Part shown: positions 10,675 to 19,031 of the stretch, in pieces | Numbering within the stretch: the first letter of the stretch is position 1 | How the letters are laid out: each line of letters starts with the position of its first letter | NCBI GenBank assembly: GCA_963923565.1 | Contig: CAWUMH010000001.1 | Span: 1-34,617 of the forward strand | From: an uncultured Alphaproteobacteria bacterium | GTDB taxonomy: Bacteria; Pseudomonadota; Alphaproteobacteria; Rhizobiales; Beijerinckiaceae | DNA: 34,617 bases | Reading direction: 5' to 3' | Notes under the pieces: generated by a model | The model's database searches: none | Told to the model about the DNA's origin: nothing | The model's input: only the letters and a program-made list of their open reading frames with translations | Made by a program: the position numbers and the translations under genes

Positions 10675-10737
10675 GATCCCTCTGGGGCAAGGCAAAGCCT
10701 TCCGCCTTTTTGGCGAAAGCGGCCACCTCCCGTGACT

Positions 10738-11403
10738 TTAGGCGCCAGCGAGGCGGATCACGATGTCTTTACCCTCACGGGGAGGAGAGGCAAGTCTCGC
10801 CCGGAACGGAACGGGGCTTTCTCGGTCGATTGTGGGGGCTGGCGGGGGGATCATCCACTGGAAAATGCTTTGTCCGGACGGACCATCCCCCGCACCAGAC
10901 CTTATTTCAAAACTAAGACCCGGAAGATTATGGGGCGTCGAAGCGTCCGAGTGGATCACGCCTTCGATAATCAAAGCCCGATCGGCACCCTCACCCTCAA
11001 ATCGGGTCCGAATATTGTCGAAGGCAAGCCGGGGCGTGGTGACGCCCGGCAGAAGGTTAGCGATCCAATGAGTCGTCTCAGCCTTGAATCGCTCGAAATC
11101 ATAAGCAATTCCGCCAATTACCCCGACTATTCCAGCCAAACCCGCCAGTCCGGCGGCATAGGCACCGAAGCGCAATCGTGTCTTTCGAGGCGCGGAATCG
11201 CCTTGAGTAGCGCGGGGGGGCTGTTTGTCGTCCGATTCTAAAGCGGAACGGAAGAAATCAGCCGGAAAGGAGGGGGCTTCTTGATCTGATCCAGCCTGAA
11301 AGGTCGATCGGCATACGCCGCAGCGCATCATGCGTCCTGCTCGACCCACCTCATCTGATCGGACAAAATAGGATCTCGCACAATTTGGGCAAACGACCAG
11401 CAT
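10738..11403 (-). CDS. MJ0042-type zinc-ribbon membrane protein (zinc ribbon + TM helix + C-terminal periplasmic domain)
   Basis: The N-terminus VVCPNCARSY...MRCGVCRSTF carries two CxxC pairs. One TM helix follows (FGAYAAGLAGLAGIVGVIGGIAY), then about 110 aa of C-terminal domain. The gene is divergent from ftsE. Confidence 0.75.
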   Translation of the reverse strand: MLVVCPNCARSYFVRSDEVGRAGRMMRCGVCRSTFQAGSDQEAPSFPADFFRSALESDDKQPPRATQGDSAPRKTRLRFGAYAAGLAGLAGIVGVIGGIAYDFERFKAETTHWIANLLPGVTTPRLAFDNIRTRFEGEGADRALIIEGVIHSDASTPHNLPGLSFEIRSGAGDGPSGQSIFQWMIPPPAPTIDRESPVPFRARLASPPREGKDIVIRLAGA

Positions 11404-11482
11404 GACGAATCAGATACCCTTCCTTCCGAAAACTATTTCCTGCTATGGCTCGTTATCATGCCCTCATGACCTTTAAGGAAGG

Positions 11483-12190
11483 TTGAAGACTCGCGTGCAG
11501 GTTCATCCCAATCGGTGGGGCGGAGAACTCGTCCGGTTCGAAAATGTCGGGTTGCGCTATGGCGCAGCGCCGGAAACTTTGACCGACATTAGTTTTTCGA
11601 TTTTGCCCCAATCTTTCCAATTTCTGACGGGCGCTTCGGGAAGTGGTAAAACCACGATTCTCCGTTTGATCCTGCAATCGCTAAAGCCTACGCGCGGGAT
11701 GATTTCGGTCTTCGGACAAGACACCGCACAACTCGATAAAGACGGACTGACGGCATTGCGTCGTCGGATGGGCATCGTGTTTCAAGATTTCCGTCTTCTT
11801 GATCATTTGACCATTTACGAGAATGTTGCCTTGCCGTTTAAAATTCGCGGGCGCATGGAATCGAGTTATCGCGCCGAAGTGATCGAGTTATTGAAATGGA
11901 TTGGACTCGGTGACCTTCTGCAGGCCAAGCCACCGGTTTTATCCGGAGGTGAAAAGCAACGGACATCCATTGCCCGCGCCCTTGTTTCACAACCTGAACT
12001 ATTGCTGGCCGATGAACCGACAGGAAATCTTGATCCTGTTTTAGCGGGACGCCTCTTACGCCTTTTTGTTGAACTTAACCGATCAGGTACTGCGATTTTA
12101 ATTGCTACGCATGACATTGGCCTGATGGACCAGATCAAAGGTAGTCGGCGGCTTGTCCTCCATAATCACCATCTTCAGGTTGAAGGATAA
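11483..12190 (+). CDS. ftsE: cell division ATP-binding protein FtsE
   Basis: LVRFENVGLRYG start region, Walker A GASGSGKTT, signature LSGGEKQR and Walker B LLLADEPTGNLD. The start is uncertain (TTG 11483 or GTG 11495). Confidence 0.9.
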   Translation: MKTRVQVHPNRWGGELVRFENVGLRYGAAPETLTDISFSILPQSFQFLTGASGSGKTTILRLILQSLKPTRGMISVFGQDTAQLDKDGLTALRRRMGIVFQDFRLLDHLTIYENVALPFKIRGRMESSYRAEVIELLKWIGLGDLLQAKPPVLSGGEKQRTSIARALVSQPELLLADEPTGNLDPVLAGRLLRLFVELNRSGTAILIATHDIGLMDQIKGSRRLVLHNHHLQVEG

Positions 12191-12193
12191 ACT

Positions 12194-13150
12194 ATGTCCT
12201 CTTCAACTGATTTTCACAATCAGCGACCGCGCTTTCGATTCTTCCTTGATCGTTTTTCAACGGACTCACTAGTCGCACCCGATCCCTTAACGGATCGAGC
12301 CCTTGTCGCAGTTATTTTCATTCTCACATTTATTGCTGCTCTGACGGCAGGCCTCGTCTTGTTCGGGTCTACAGCATCCGCACGGTGGCAGGCGCTGCTA
12401 TCATCTGAAGTCACGGTGCAAATTCGTCCGCAGCCCGGTCGCAATATTGAGACGGACTTGAACCGCGCCGCTGATCTTTTGAAACAGGCGCAAGGTGTCA
12501 CCAAGGTTCGTGTCTATTCCTATGAGGAAACGATGCGCATGCTTGAGCCATGGCTTGGGCAATCCTCATCATTGGGCGGCCTTTCAATCCCCCGCTTGAT
12601 TGCTGTCGAGGTTGATCCTCAGTCCCCGCCGGATATTTCGGTGATCAGCAAACAATTGGCGCGTGATATTCCTGGTACCGCCATTGATGATCATCGGTCG
12701 TGGACCAGACGTTTAACAACTCTTGGCAACTCACTCGTAATCGCGTCGGCGGCTGGCCTTATTCTTGTAATGACGGCAACGGCGTTGGCTATTGTTTTTG
12801 CAACGCGAGGCGCGATGGTTGGCAATCGTGAGATTGTTGAAGTGTTCTATTTCATGGGTGCTGATGATCGTTATATCGCGCGCGTATTTCAAAGACATTT
12901 TTTTAGGCTTGGTTTGCGCGGCGGCATATTGGGTGCCTGTCTGGCGCTAATTGTCCTTGTCATCTTGCGCTTCATCATTGCCGGATCGGACGGGTTACGT
13001 GATATGTTCGGCTTCGGCGTTTTAGATCCTTTGTCTTCGGTCGGCCTCGCTATTGTTGTAGCTGTTCTGGCGGTCGCTTTGTTCGTCTCCCTGCTTGCAA
13101 GCTTTGTCTCGCGCATCACCGTTCATTCAACTTTAAGCCGCTTGGTTTGA
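12194..13150 (+). CDS. ftsX: cell division permease FtsX-like
   Basis: Starts 4 nt after ftsE. It has one N-terminal TM helix, a periplasmic domain of about 110 aa, and three C-terminal TM helices (FtsX topology). It is 318 aa. Confidence 0.85.
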   Translation: MSSSTDFHNQRPRFRFFLDRFSTDSLVAPDPLTDRALVAVIFILTFIAALTAGLVLFGSTASARWQALLSSEVTVQIRPQPGRNIETDLNRAADLLKQAQGVTKVRVYSYEETMRMLEPWLGQSSSLGGLSIPRLIAVEVDPQSPPDISVISKQLARDIPGTAIDDHRSWTRRLTTLGNSLVIASAAGLILVMTATALAIVFATRGAMVGNREIVEVFYFMGADDRYIARVFQRHFFRLGLRGGILGACLALIVLVILRFIIAGSDGLRDMFGFGVLDPLSSVGLAIVVAVLAVALFVSLLASFVSRITVHSTLSRLV

Positions 13151-13161
13151 CGGACGAAGTC

Positions 13162-13773
13162 ATGACGTCAGTGAAGACTATAGTTCGGAGTGTAAAAATT
13201 TTAGGATTCTGTTTTGTCCTGAGTTTTATGATCGGGGCGGTCAATTATATTTTTGCACTCACGCGATTTGATCAAACGCAAATCATATCCGTTGATGCGG
13301 CCATCGTTCTAACCGGCGGCCCTGATCGTTTGACGGATGCTGCTCAACTTCTCTCGTCGGGAGCCACGAAGCATCTTCTGATTAGCGGCGTGGGTGGCCG
13401 CGCTGATCTTGATGACCTTGTGCGCGTCGCGCCCGCGCTTGCGCCTTATGCGACATGTTGCATCGATTTAGGTCATCAGGCTCTCAACACGCGGGGCAAT
13501 GCTGAAGAGGCTGCTGCATGGGCGCGGGAACGAAACTACACATCGCTGGCCGTTGTGACTGCGGGGTTTCATTTGCCCCGTGCGATGTTGGAATTTCGCG
13601 CGATTTTACCAACGATGGATCTTTATCCCTATCGTGCGGGACTTTCACCTCGCCAACAGGTCCTCAATGGCAGCCTGAGTAATTTATATGCTATGGGTCT
13701 TGAGCCCGTAAAATATATTGTAGCTCTTTTAAGAATTAACATTCGCGCCCTCGTTGCGAATGGAACAAATTAG
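13162..13773 (+). CDS. DUF218 / YdcF (ElyC-like) family protein
   Basis: N-terminal TM helix, then AIVLTGGPDRL...LLISGV and NTRGNAEE motifs typical of DUF218. I chose the ATG at 13162. An in-frame TTG at 13147 overlaps the ftsX stop. Confidence 0.75.
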   Translation: MTSVKTIVRSVKILGFCFVLSFMIGAVNYIFALTRFDQTQIISVDAAIVLTGGPDRLTDAAQLLSSGATKHLLISGVGGRADLDDLVRVAPALAPYATCCIDLGHQALNTRGNAEEAAAWARERNYTSLAVVTAGFHLPRAMLEFRAILPTMDLYPYRAGLSPRQQVLNGSLSNLYAMGLEPVKYIVALLRINIRALVANGTN

Positions 13774-13779
13774 GAAAGA

Positions 13780-14571
13780 ATGACGGTGTCGATTCCTTTA
13801 CAAAATCAAGACGAGACACAGGGTGGTGTATCGATGCGATCATTACTTTTGATGATTGCGCTTTATGTCAATTTGATTGCCTGGATGTTTGTAGGCTTAA
13901 TCGTACTCATTCTTCCTCGATCCTTCGTAGTTGCTTTGGCGCGCGCATGGAGCCGCTATTATCTTTGGCTTTGTCGAGTTGTGGGCGGAATATCAGTTGA
14001 ATTTAGGGGACTGAATAATATTCCTAAGGGCCCGCTTCTCATTGCTGCTAAACATCAATCAATCTGGGAAACATTTGCGCTTCTTAGTCTTTTCGAAGAT
14101 CCGTGTTTCATTCTAAAGCGTGAATTGGCCTTCATCCCTTTATTTGGATGGTTTTTAGCAAAGATGCGCAATGTGCCGATTGATCGTAAAGGCGGGGCGC
14201 GCACATTAGTGAAACTTGTAAAGGCAGCCCATCGTGAAATTGGTGCGGGTAAGGGTCGCCAGATACTTCTCTTTCCTGAAGGTACTCGACGCACGCCCGG
14301 CGCACCGCCAGCATATCGGTTTGGTATTGCGCAGATTTACTCAGGCTTGAATGTTCCCTGTTTACCGATCGCATTGAATTCAGGTGTCTATTGGCCGCGC
14401 CGTTCGATGAAATTGAGACAAGGTACCATCATTGTCGATATTCTGCCGGCGATTGAGCCCGGTTTAGATCGGCAAGATTTCTTTGTGTTAATGCAGAAGA
14501 AGATCGAGGAGGCCTCTGACCGTCTTCTTGCTGAAGCGCGTCAGGATTTGGGTCTCCCGTTAAAGGCATGA
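13780..14571 (+). CDS. plsC: 1-acyl-sn-glycerol-3-phosphate (lysophospholipid) acyltransferase
   Basis: Acyltransferase block I AAKHQSIWETF and block III LFPEGTRR, plus an N-terminal TM helix. It is 263 aa. Confidence 0.85.
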   Translation: MTVSIPLQNQDETQGGVSMRSLLLMIALYVNLIAWMFVGLIVLILPRSFVVALARAWSRYYLWLCRVVGGISVEFRGLNNIPKGPLLIAAKHQSIWETFALLSLFEDPCFILKRELAFIPLFGWFLAKMRNVPIDRKGGARTLVKLVKAAHREIGAGKGRQILLFPEGTRRTPGAPPAYRFGIAQIYSGLNVPCLPIALNSGVYWPRRSMKLRQGTIIVDILPAIEPGLDRQDFFVLMQKKIEEASDRLLAEARQDLGLPLKA

Positions 14572-14605
14572 GGCTCAACTTATTTACTCATTTTGAAAGT
14601 CTTTG

Positions 14606-15223
14606 ATGAATCATCACCCTCCAACATTCTTGATGCCAATGTTACCGCTGCACGGTCGGAAGCAACGCATCGGTATTTTTGGAGGCACATTCAATCCGGC
14701 GCATGCGGCGCATCGGCTTGTCAGTCTAACAGCGCTTCGTCGTTTGAAGCTCGATGCGATCTGGTGGATCGTTACACCCGGCAATCCGCTCAAGGACAAA
14801 ACCGACTTACCATCTACGGAAGAACGGATTGCCTTGGCAAAAACGATCGCTGCGCATCCTAAGATCCATGTAATCGCTATTGAAGAGCGGTTAGGCAGCA
14901 CTTACACGCATGAATTAATTGCCTATCTGAAACGGAGATCATCGACTGCACGATTTGTTTGGATCATGGGTGCGGATAATCTAGAAAGCTTTCATCGGTG
15001 GGCGCGGTGGCGGAGCATTTTTGCGGCGATTCCGATTGCGGTTATTGATCGGCCAGGATCGACAAATCGTGCGCTTCACGCGCCGGCCGCCCTCGCTTAT
15101 GACCGCTATCGTGTATCGGAATCGAAAGCATCCGTGTTTCCGAACAAGTCTGCACCGGCTTTGATCGTCTTGCATGGACCGCGCTCTAGCCTCTCTTCAA
15201 CCGCTCTCCGTAAGCGTCATTGA
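14606..15223 (+). CDS. nadD: nicotinate-nucleotide adenylyltransferase
   Basis: Contains the IGIFGGTFNPAHAAH motif and WIMGADNL. The start is uncertain (TTG 14603, ATG 14606, or ATGs further in). Confidence 0.88.
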   Translation: MNHHPPTFLMPMLPLHGRKQRIGIFGGTFNPAHAAHRLVSLTALRRLKLDAIWWIVTPGNPLKDKTDLPSTEERIALAKTIAAHPKIHVIAIEERLGSTYTHELIAYLKRRSSTARFVWIMGADNLESFHRWARWRSIFAAIPIAVIDRPGSTNRALHAPAALAYDRYRVSESKASVFPNKSAPALIVLHGPRSSLSSTALRKRH

Positions 15224-15398
15224 ATCGTAAGGTTTTAGGATTATGTTGAATTTTGCCGGTGTTTCAGGCACATTTGATTTGGCCTTGATAAAGGCCCTTG
15301 AACATGAGGAATGACCACTGACACAGCCTGTTCTGTCCGCCGGCGCAAGAAAAAGCCGGTCCGCTGCCGCGAAATCTCCTGAGCCGTCGCGGGGCGCT

Positions 15399-15731
15399 AT
15401 GGTTCAAGAGGTTTTAGCCATCCTAGATGACGCCAAAGCCGAAGATACGATCTCAATCGATCTCTCCGGTAAAACAGCTCTCGCTGATGCGATGGTCGTT
15501 ACGTCTGGACGCTCCAACCGCCATGTTAGCGCTATTGCCGATCAACTGATCGAAAAGCTTAAAGCCGAAGGTCACACGGGCCTGCGGGTTGAAGGCATGC
15601 CGAATTGCGATTGGGTCCTCATCGATGCCGGCGATGTCATCGTCCATATTTTCCGGCCAGAAGTCCGCAGCTTCTATAATCTCGAGAAAATGTGGGGATC
15701 GGATCGCCCGGTCGAACGCTCCGCGTCTTGA
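15399..15731 (+). CDS. rsfS: ribosome silencing factor RsfS
   Basis: Contains LDDAKAEDTISIDL, VVTSGRSNRHV, DWVLIDAGDVIVHIF and YNLEKMW. It is 110 aa. Confidence 0.92.
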   Translation: MVQEVLAILDDAKAEDTISIDLSGKTALADAMVVTSGRSNRHVSAIADQLIEKLKAEGHTGLRVEGMPNCDWVLIDAGDVIVHIFRPEVRSFYNLEKMWGSDRPVERSAS

Positions 15732-15741
15732 TGATGGTGTC

Positions 15742-16221
15742 GTGAAAATCGAAATTTTGGCAGTTGGGCGCCTTAAAGACGGTCCTGAGCGTGAGCTTGT
15801 TAGCCGTTATGTGACCCGGGCGCGGGATATGGGTCGAAGCTTGGCTGTAACGGGTTTTGACGTCGTCGAGTTTTCCGAAAGCCGTGCGGGTCGCCCGCAA
15901 GATCGCAAAAGCGAAGAAGCGCAGATGATCCGGCAACGCCTTTCCGATACAACCTTCATCGCGCTCGATTCAAAAGGTCAGTCCATCGATAGCGAAGGCA
16001 TGACCAAGAAAATTGAAACCCTTCGTGATTCCGGTACGCGGTCTTTGTCTTTTGTCATCGGGGGCGCTGATGGCATTGATCCAGCTCTCGTAAAAGATGC
16101 ACAATCAGTCATTGCCTTCGGGGCCGTGACATTGCCGCATCAATTGGCTCGTATTATTCTTGCCGAACAACTTTATCGGTCAATGACCTTGATGAGCGGT
16201 CATCCCTATCATCGAGCATGA
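15742..16221 (+). CDS. rlmH: 23S rRNA (pseudouridine1915-N3)-methyltransferase RlmH
   Basis: SPOUT family: (GTG)KIEILAVGRLK start and FVIGGADGI motif. I trimmed the track ORF (15589) to the in-frame GTG at 15742, because the upstream extension overlaps rsfS. Confidence 0.88.
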   Translation: MKIEILAVGRLKDGPERELVSRYVTRARDMGRSLAVTGFDVVEFSESRAGRPQDRKSEEAQMIRQRLSDTTFIALDSKGQSIDSEGMTKKIETLRDSGTRSLSFVIGGADGIDPALVKDAQSVIAFGAVTLPHQLARIILAEQLYRSMTLMSGHPYHRA

Positions 16222-17585
16222 CGGAACATCGTGCGATCATGCGCAGTGACAGTTTTTTTGTTGGGTTCAATCGGGCTCTTTGTAGTTTAGCCCTTATCGC
16301 TTTGTGCGCATCGTTGGCCATTGCCTCCGATACAGCGATTGAAAAAACAACACGTCAGCTTGAATTGCAACAAACCGAACAATTACTTCAAAGTGGCTCG
16401 GAAGAGCGTTCTCGTCTGCAAGCTGAAATTGAAACGTTGCGCAATGATCGCGCGCGTCTCAATCAACGATTAATTGAAACAACTGATCGTATTCGCGCAA
16501 CCGAATTGCGCATCGGCGCCGTGGAAGAGCGCCTGGTCACATTGTCAGACTCTGAGGCTAAAGCCCGCGCGTCGCTTGAAGGCCGCAAAGCGGTTGCGAC
16601 TGATATTCTCGCTGCCCTTCAGCGTGTGGGAACGATGCCGCCGCCGATACTTATCGCCGATCCTGATCATGTTCTCGATACGGTTCGAAGTGCCATCCTC
16701 TTGGGTTCCGTTGTTCCGGATCTCAAAGCCGAGACGGATAAATTGGCGGAAGATCTCGCTGCGATTGAGAGAATTCGATCTTCGGCCGCGGCCGAGCGGG
16801 ACGGGCTCGCGCGCGATGTGCAAAGTCTTGTTCGTGACAGGCAAGACATCGCTCTCTTGGTCGAAGCACGGCAGCGCGAAATCTCGGGCGCCGAAAGTCG
16901 CGTCGAAGAACAGGCCAAGAAAGCAGAGGCGCTTGCTTCTAAGAGTCAGACACTCAAGGATTTGATTGGTCGTCTTGAAACCGAAGTTGATAGTGTTTCG
17001 CGCGCCGCGCGTGATGCCAAGACGGCCGCCGTTAGGGCCGACGAAGAAGTAAAAGCCGCGAATGATCCTGCCGCGCGTGATGCCCGCAATCGCATGGCCG
17101 CGCTCGCGTTTCGCGATCCCGCGCGTCAAGCGCCCAAAGTCGGTTTTGGTGAATTAAAGGGCCTCCTGCCACTGCCCGTGAGCGGCATGATGATTCGGGG
17201 CTTCAACGCGCGCGATCCGGTCGGCGGATTAACCCGCGGTGTGACCTTTGAGACCCGACCCGGCGCTCTGGTTTCCGCGCCCTCCGATGGGTGGGTCGCT
17301 TTTGCCGGCCCTTTCAGGACCTATGGGCAACTTTTGATTCTCAATATGGGCGGCGGCTATTACATCTTGCTTGCAGGCATGGACAGGATCAGCGTAAGTC
17401 TCGGTCAATTCGTTCTTGCGGGCGAGCCCGTCGCGGTTATGGGCGATCCGTCGAAGGACGCTCAGGCGCAGGGCGGTGCTAATCTGGCTCAGCCTGTGCT
17501 TTATGTAGAATTCCGCAAAGAAGGGACACCGGTCGATCCGACACCTTGGTGGTCCTCTGTAGCGGTAGGGAAAGGTCGCGGATGA
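16218..17585 (+). CDS. envC: EnvC-like murein hydrolase activator (signal/TM, coiled coil, degenerate LytM/M23 domain)
   Basis: N-terminal hydrophobic segment LCSLALIALCASLAIA, then about 270 aa rich in Glu/Arg/Leu/Ala that looks like coiled coil. The C-terminal M23-like fold (GVTFETRPGALVSAPSDGWVAFAG...YGQLLILNMGGGYYILLAG...VLYVEFRKEGTPVDP) has none of the expected metal-ligand His/Asp residues. ATGA overlaps join it to rlmH (16218-16221) and ctpA (17582-17585). Confidence 0.8.
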   Translation: MTEHRAIMRSDSFFVGFNRALCSLALIALCASLAIASDTAIEKTTRQLELQQTEQLLQSGSEERSRLQAEIETLRNDRARLNQRLIETTDRIRATELRIGAVEERLVTLSDSEAKARASLEGRKAVATDILAALQRVGTMPPPILIADPDHVLDTVRSAILLGSVVPDLKAETDKLAEDLAAIERIRSSAAAERDGLARDVQSLVRDRQDIALLVEARQREISGAESRVEEQAKKAEALASKSQTLKDLIGRLETEVDSVSRAARDAKTAAVRADEEVKAANDPAARDARNRMAALAFRDPARQAPKVGFGELKGLLPLPVSGMMIRGFNARDPVGGLTRGVTFETRPGALVSAPSDGWVAFAGPFRTYGQLLILNMGGGYYILLAGMDRISVSLGQFVLAGEPVAVMGDPSKDAQAQGGANLAQPVLYVEFRKEGTPVDPTPWWSSVAVGKGRG

Positions 17586-18904
17586 TGCGTAAATTGGCCT
17601 ATTTGCTCACGGGTGCTGTTTTCGGTGGCGGACTGGTTGCCTTTGCCTTGCAAGGCGGTTCGGTTGGAACGATCGGCGCTGTAGCGGCCAGTTCCGAGAC
17701 CTATCGCCAGCTTAATCTGTTTGGCGATGTCTTTGAAAAGATCCGTACCGATTATGTTGAAAAGCCTGAAGACGCGAAGCTGATTGAGTCAGCGATCTCC
17801 GGCATGTTGTCCGGATTGGATCCGCATTCGAGCTATATGGATCCGAAAAGCTTCAAGGATATGCAAGTCCAAACTAAAGGTGAGTTTGGCGGCTTAGGCA
17901 TCGAAGTCACGCAAGAAGAGGGCTTCGTCAAAGTCGTAACCCCGATCGATGACACGCCAGCATCACGTGTCGGTCTTCGCGCCGGTGATTTCATTGTCGA
18001 AATTGATGGCGATTCTGTTCAAGGGCTTACACTCAACCAAGCGGTTGACCGTATGCGCGGTCCAGTAAACAGCTCTGTCAATTTGCGCATCAGCCGCAAA
18101 GGCACTGATTCATTTGAAGTCAGCCTCAAACGCGAGATTATCAAAATCTCGTCGGTCAAATCACGGATCGAAAATGATGTCGGCTATATCCGCATCACGC
18201 AATTTACCGAGAAGACATCAGACGGGTTAAAGAATGCGATTGATCAAGCCATCAAAACCATTCCGGCTGACAAACTCAAAGGGTACATTGTTGATCTTCG
18301 CAATGATCCGGGCGGTCTTCTTGATCAAGCCATTGCTGTTTCCGATGCGTTTTTGGAACGTGGTGAAATTGTTTCAACACGCGGCCGCAATCCTGATGAT
18401 GCACAACGCTATGTCGCGCGCTCAGGTGATTTGACGGGTGGGAAGCCTGTGATCGTGTTGATCAATGGCGGCTCGGCTTCCGCGTCAGAGATTGTGGCGG
18501 GCGCGTTGCAGGATCATAAGCGGGCAACGATCATTGGTACGCGGTCCTTTGGCAAAGGCTCGGTGCAAACCATAATCCCCTTGGGACCCAATGGTGCGTT
18601 GCGTTTGACAACAGCGCGTTATTACACACCGTCCGGTCGCTCGATCCAAGCCAAGGGCATCGATCCTGATATTCAGGTTCTGCAAGATGTGCCGGATGAA
18701 ATTAAAGGCAAGGACGAAACCAAAGGCGAAGCCGCTCTCAAGGGCCATTTGAAAAATGGTGCGAATGAGCAAGGCGGCTCATCGGCCTATGTTCCGACTG
18801 ATCCGAAGCTCGACAAACAGTTGCAATATGCGCTTGATCTCTTGCGCGGATTGAAACCTGGTGATGTTGCCGGTGCGTCAAAGGATCCCGCGCCTGCGAA
18901 TTGA
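17582..18904 (+). CDS. ctpA: carboxy-terminal processing protease (S41, PDZ-containing)
   Basis: PDZ region GGLGIEV...GDFIVEIDG, catalytic Ser GGSASASEIVAGALQD and Lys RSFGKGSVQ. I chose the start MMRKLAYLL at 17582; the track ORF starts at 17546. Confidence 0.92.
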   Translation: MMRKLAYLLTGAVFGGGLVAFALQGGSVGTIGAVAASSETYRQLNLFGDVFEKIRTDYVEKPEDAKLIESAISGMLSGLDPHSSYMDPKSFKDMQVQTKGEFGGLGIEVTQEEGFVKVVTPIDDTPASRVGLRAGDFIVEIDGDSVQGLTLNQAVDRMRGPVNSSVNLRISRKGTDSFEVSLKREIIKISSVKSRIENDVGYIRITQFTEKTSDGLKNAIDQAIKTIPADKLKGYIVDLRNDPGGLLDQAIAVSDAFLERGEIVSTRGRNPDDAQRYVARSGDLTGGKPVIVLINGGSASASEIVAGALQDHKRATIIGTRSFGKGSVQTIIPLGPNGALRLTTARYYTPSGRSIQAKGIDPDIQVLQDVPDEIKGKDETKGEAALKGHLKNGANEQGGSSAYVPTDPKLDKQLQYALDLLRGLKPGDVAGASKDPAPAN

Positions 18905-18910
18905 TATTGA

Positions 18911-18950
18911 GGGAGCGGTTGATTTTTTAATCACCGCTCCCTTAAATTTT
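18911..18950 (+). terminator. rho-independent terminator of ctpA
   Basis: GGGAGCGGT(T)GAT - TTTTTA - ATCACCGCTCCC is a 12-bp stem with one bulge. It is followed by the T-rich TTAAATTTT. Confidence 0.75.
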
Positions 18951-19031
18951 CAAATTTGAATTAACGGGATATTTTCCCTTTTCAACGATCTTCGACAGTC
19001 TCGCATTCTTTTTTGAGAAGAGACTGTTTCT

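Noticed and set aside
10471-11241. 256-aa plus-strand ORF, the longest unassigned ORF in the track
   Set aside because: It lies entirely antisense to two well-supported genes (hpt and the zinc-ribbon protein gene). Its product is Arg/Gly/Ser-rich, low-complexity and motif-free. This is a typical shadow ORF in GC-biased coding sequence.
15243-15398. Two 23-aa mini-ORFs (15243-15314 and 15311-15382) joined by an ATGA overlap. The rsfS frame is also open upstream, to 15315, and there encodes a Lys/Ala/Pro-rich stretch resembling the N-terminal extensions of some rhizobial RsfS proteins.
   Set aside because: RsfS from the ATG at 15399 is already a complete 110-aa protein, comparable to E. coli RsfS. 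The upstream frame has no canonical start codon, and the mini-ORFs lack good ribosome-binding sites. A frameshift or extended start is pure speculation without orthologue alignments.
15589-15741. Upstream extensions of track ORFs: rlmH from 15589, tsaD from 3016, ctpA from 17546, rppH from 20012, tesA from 31945, pepF from 23872 and hpt to 10695
   Set aside because: Each extension overlaps the preceding gene or adds non-conserved residues ahead of a canonical family N-terminus with a better-placed start or ribosome-binding site. I trimmed them in the feature table.
16545-17129. 194-aa and 83-aa minus-strand ORFs and a 163-aa plus-strand ORF inside the envC-like gene
   Set aside because: All are out-of-frame or antisense within a repetitive Ala/Arg/Glu-rich coiled-coil coding region, where long spurious ORFs are expected. 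None has an independent signal.
18949-18960. Perfect 12-bp palindrome TTCAAATTTGAA and a near CtrA-like TCAA-N7-TTAAC downstream of the ctpA terminator
   Set aside because: Several perfect 12-bp palindromes are expected by chance in about 35 kb. The CtrA-like site has a mismatch in the first half-site and no second supporting feature.
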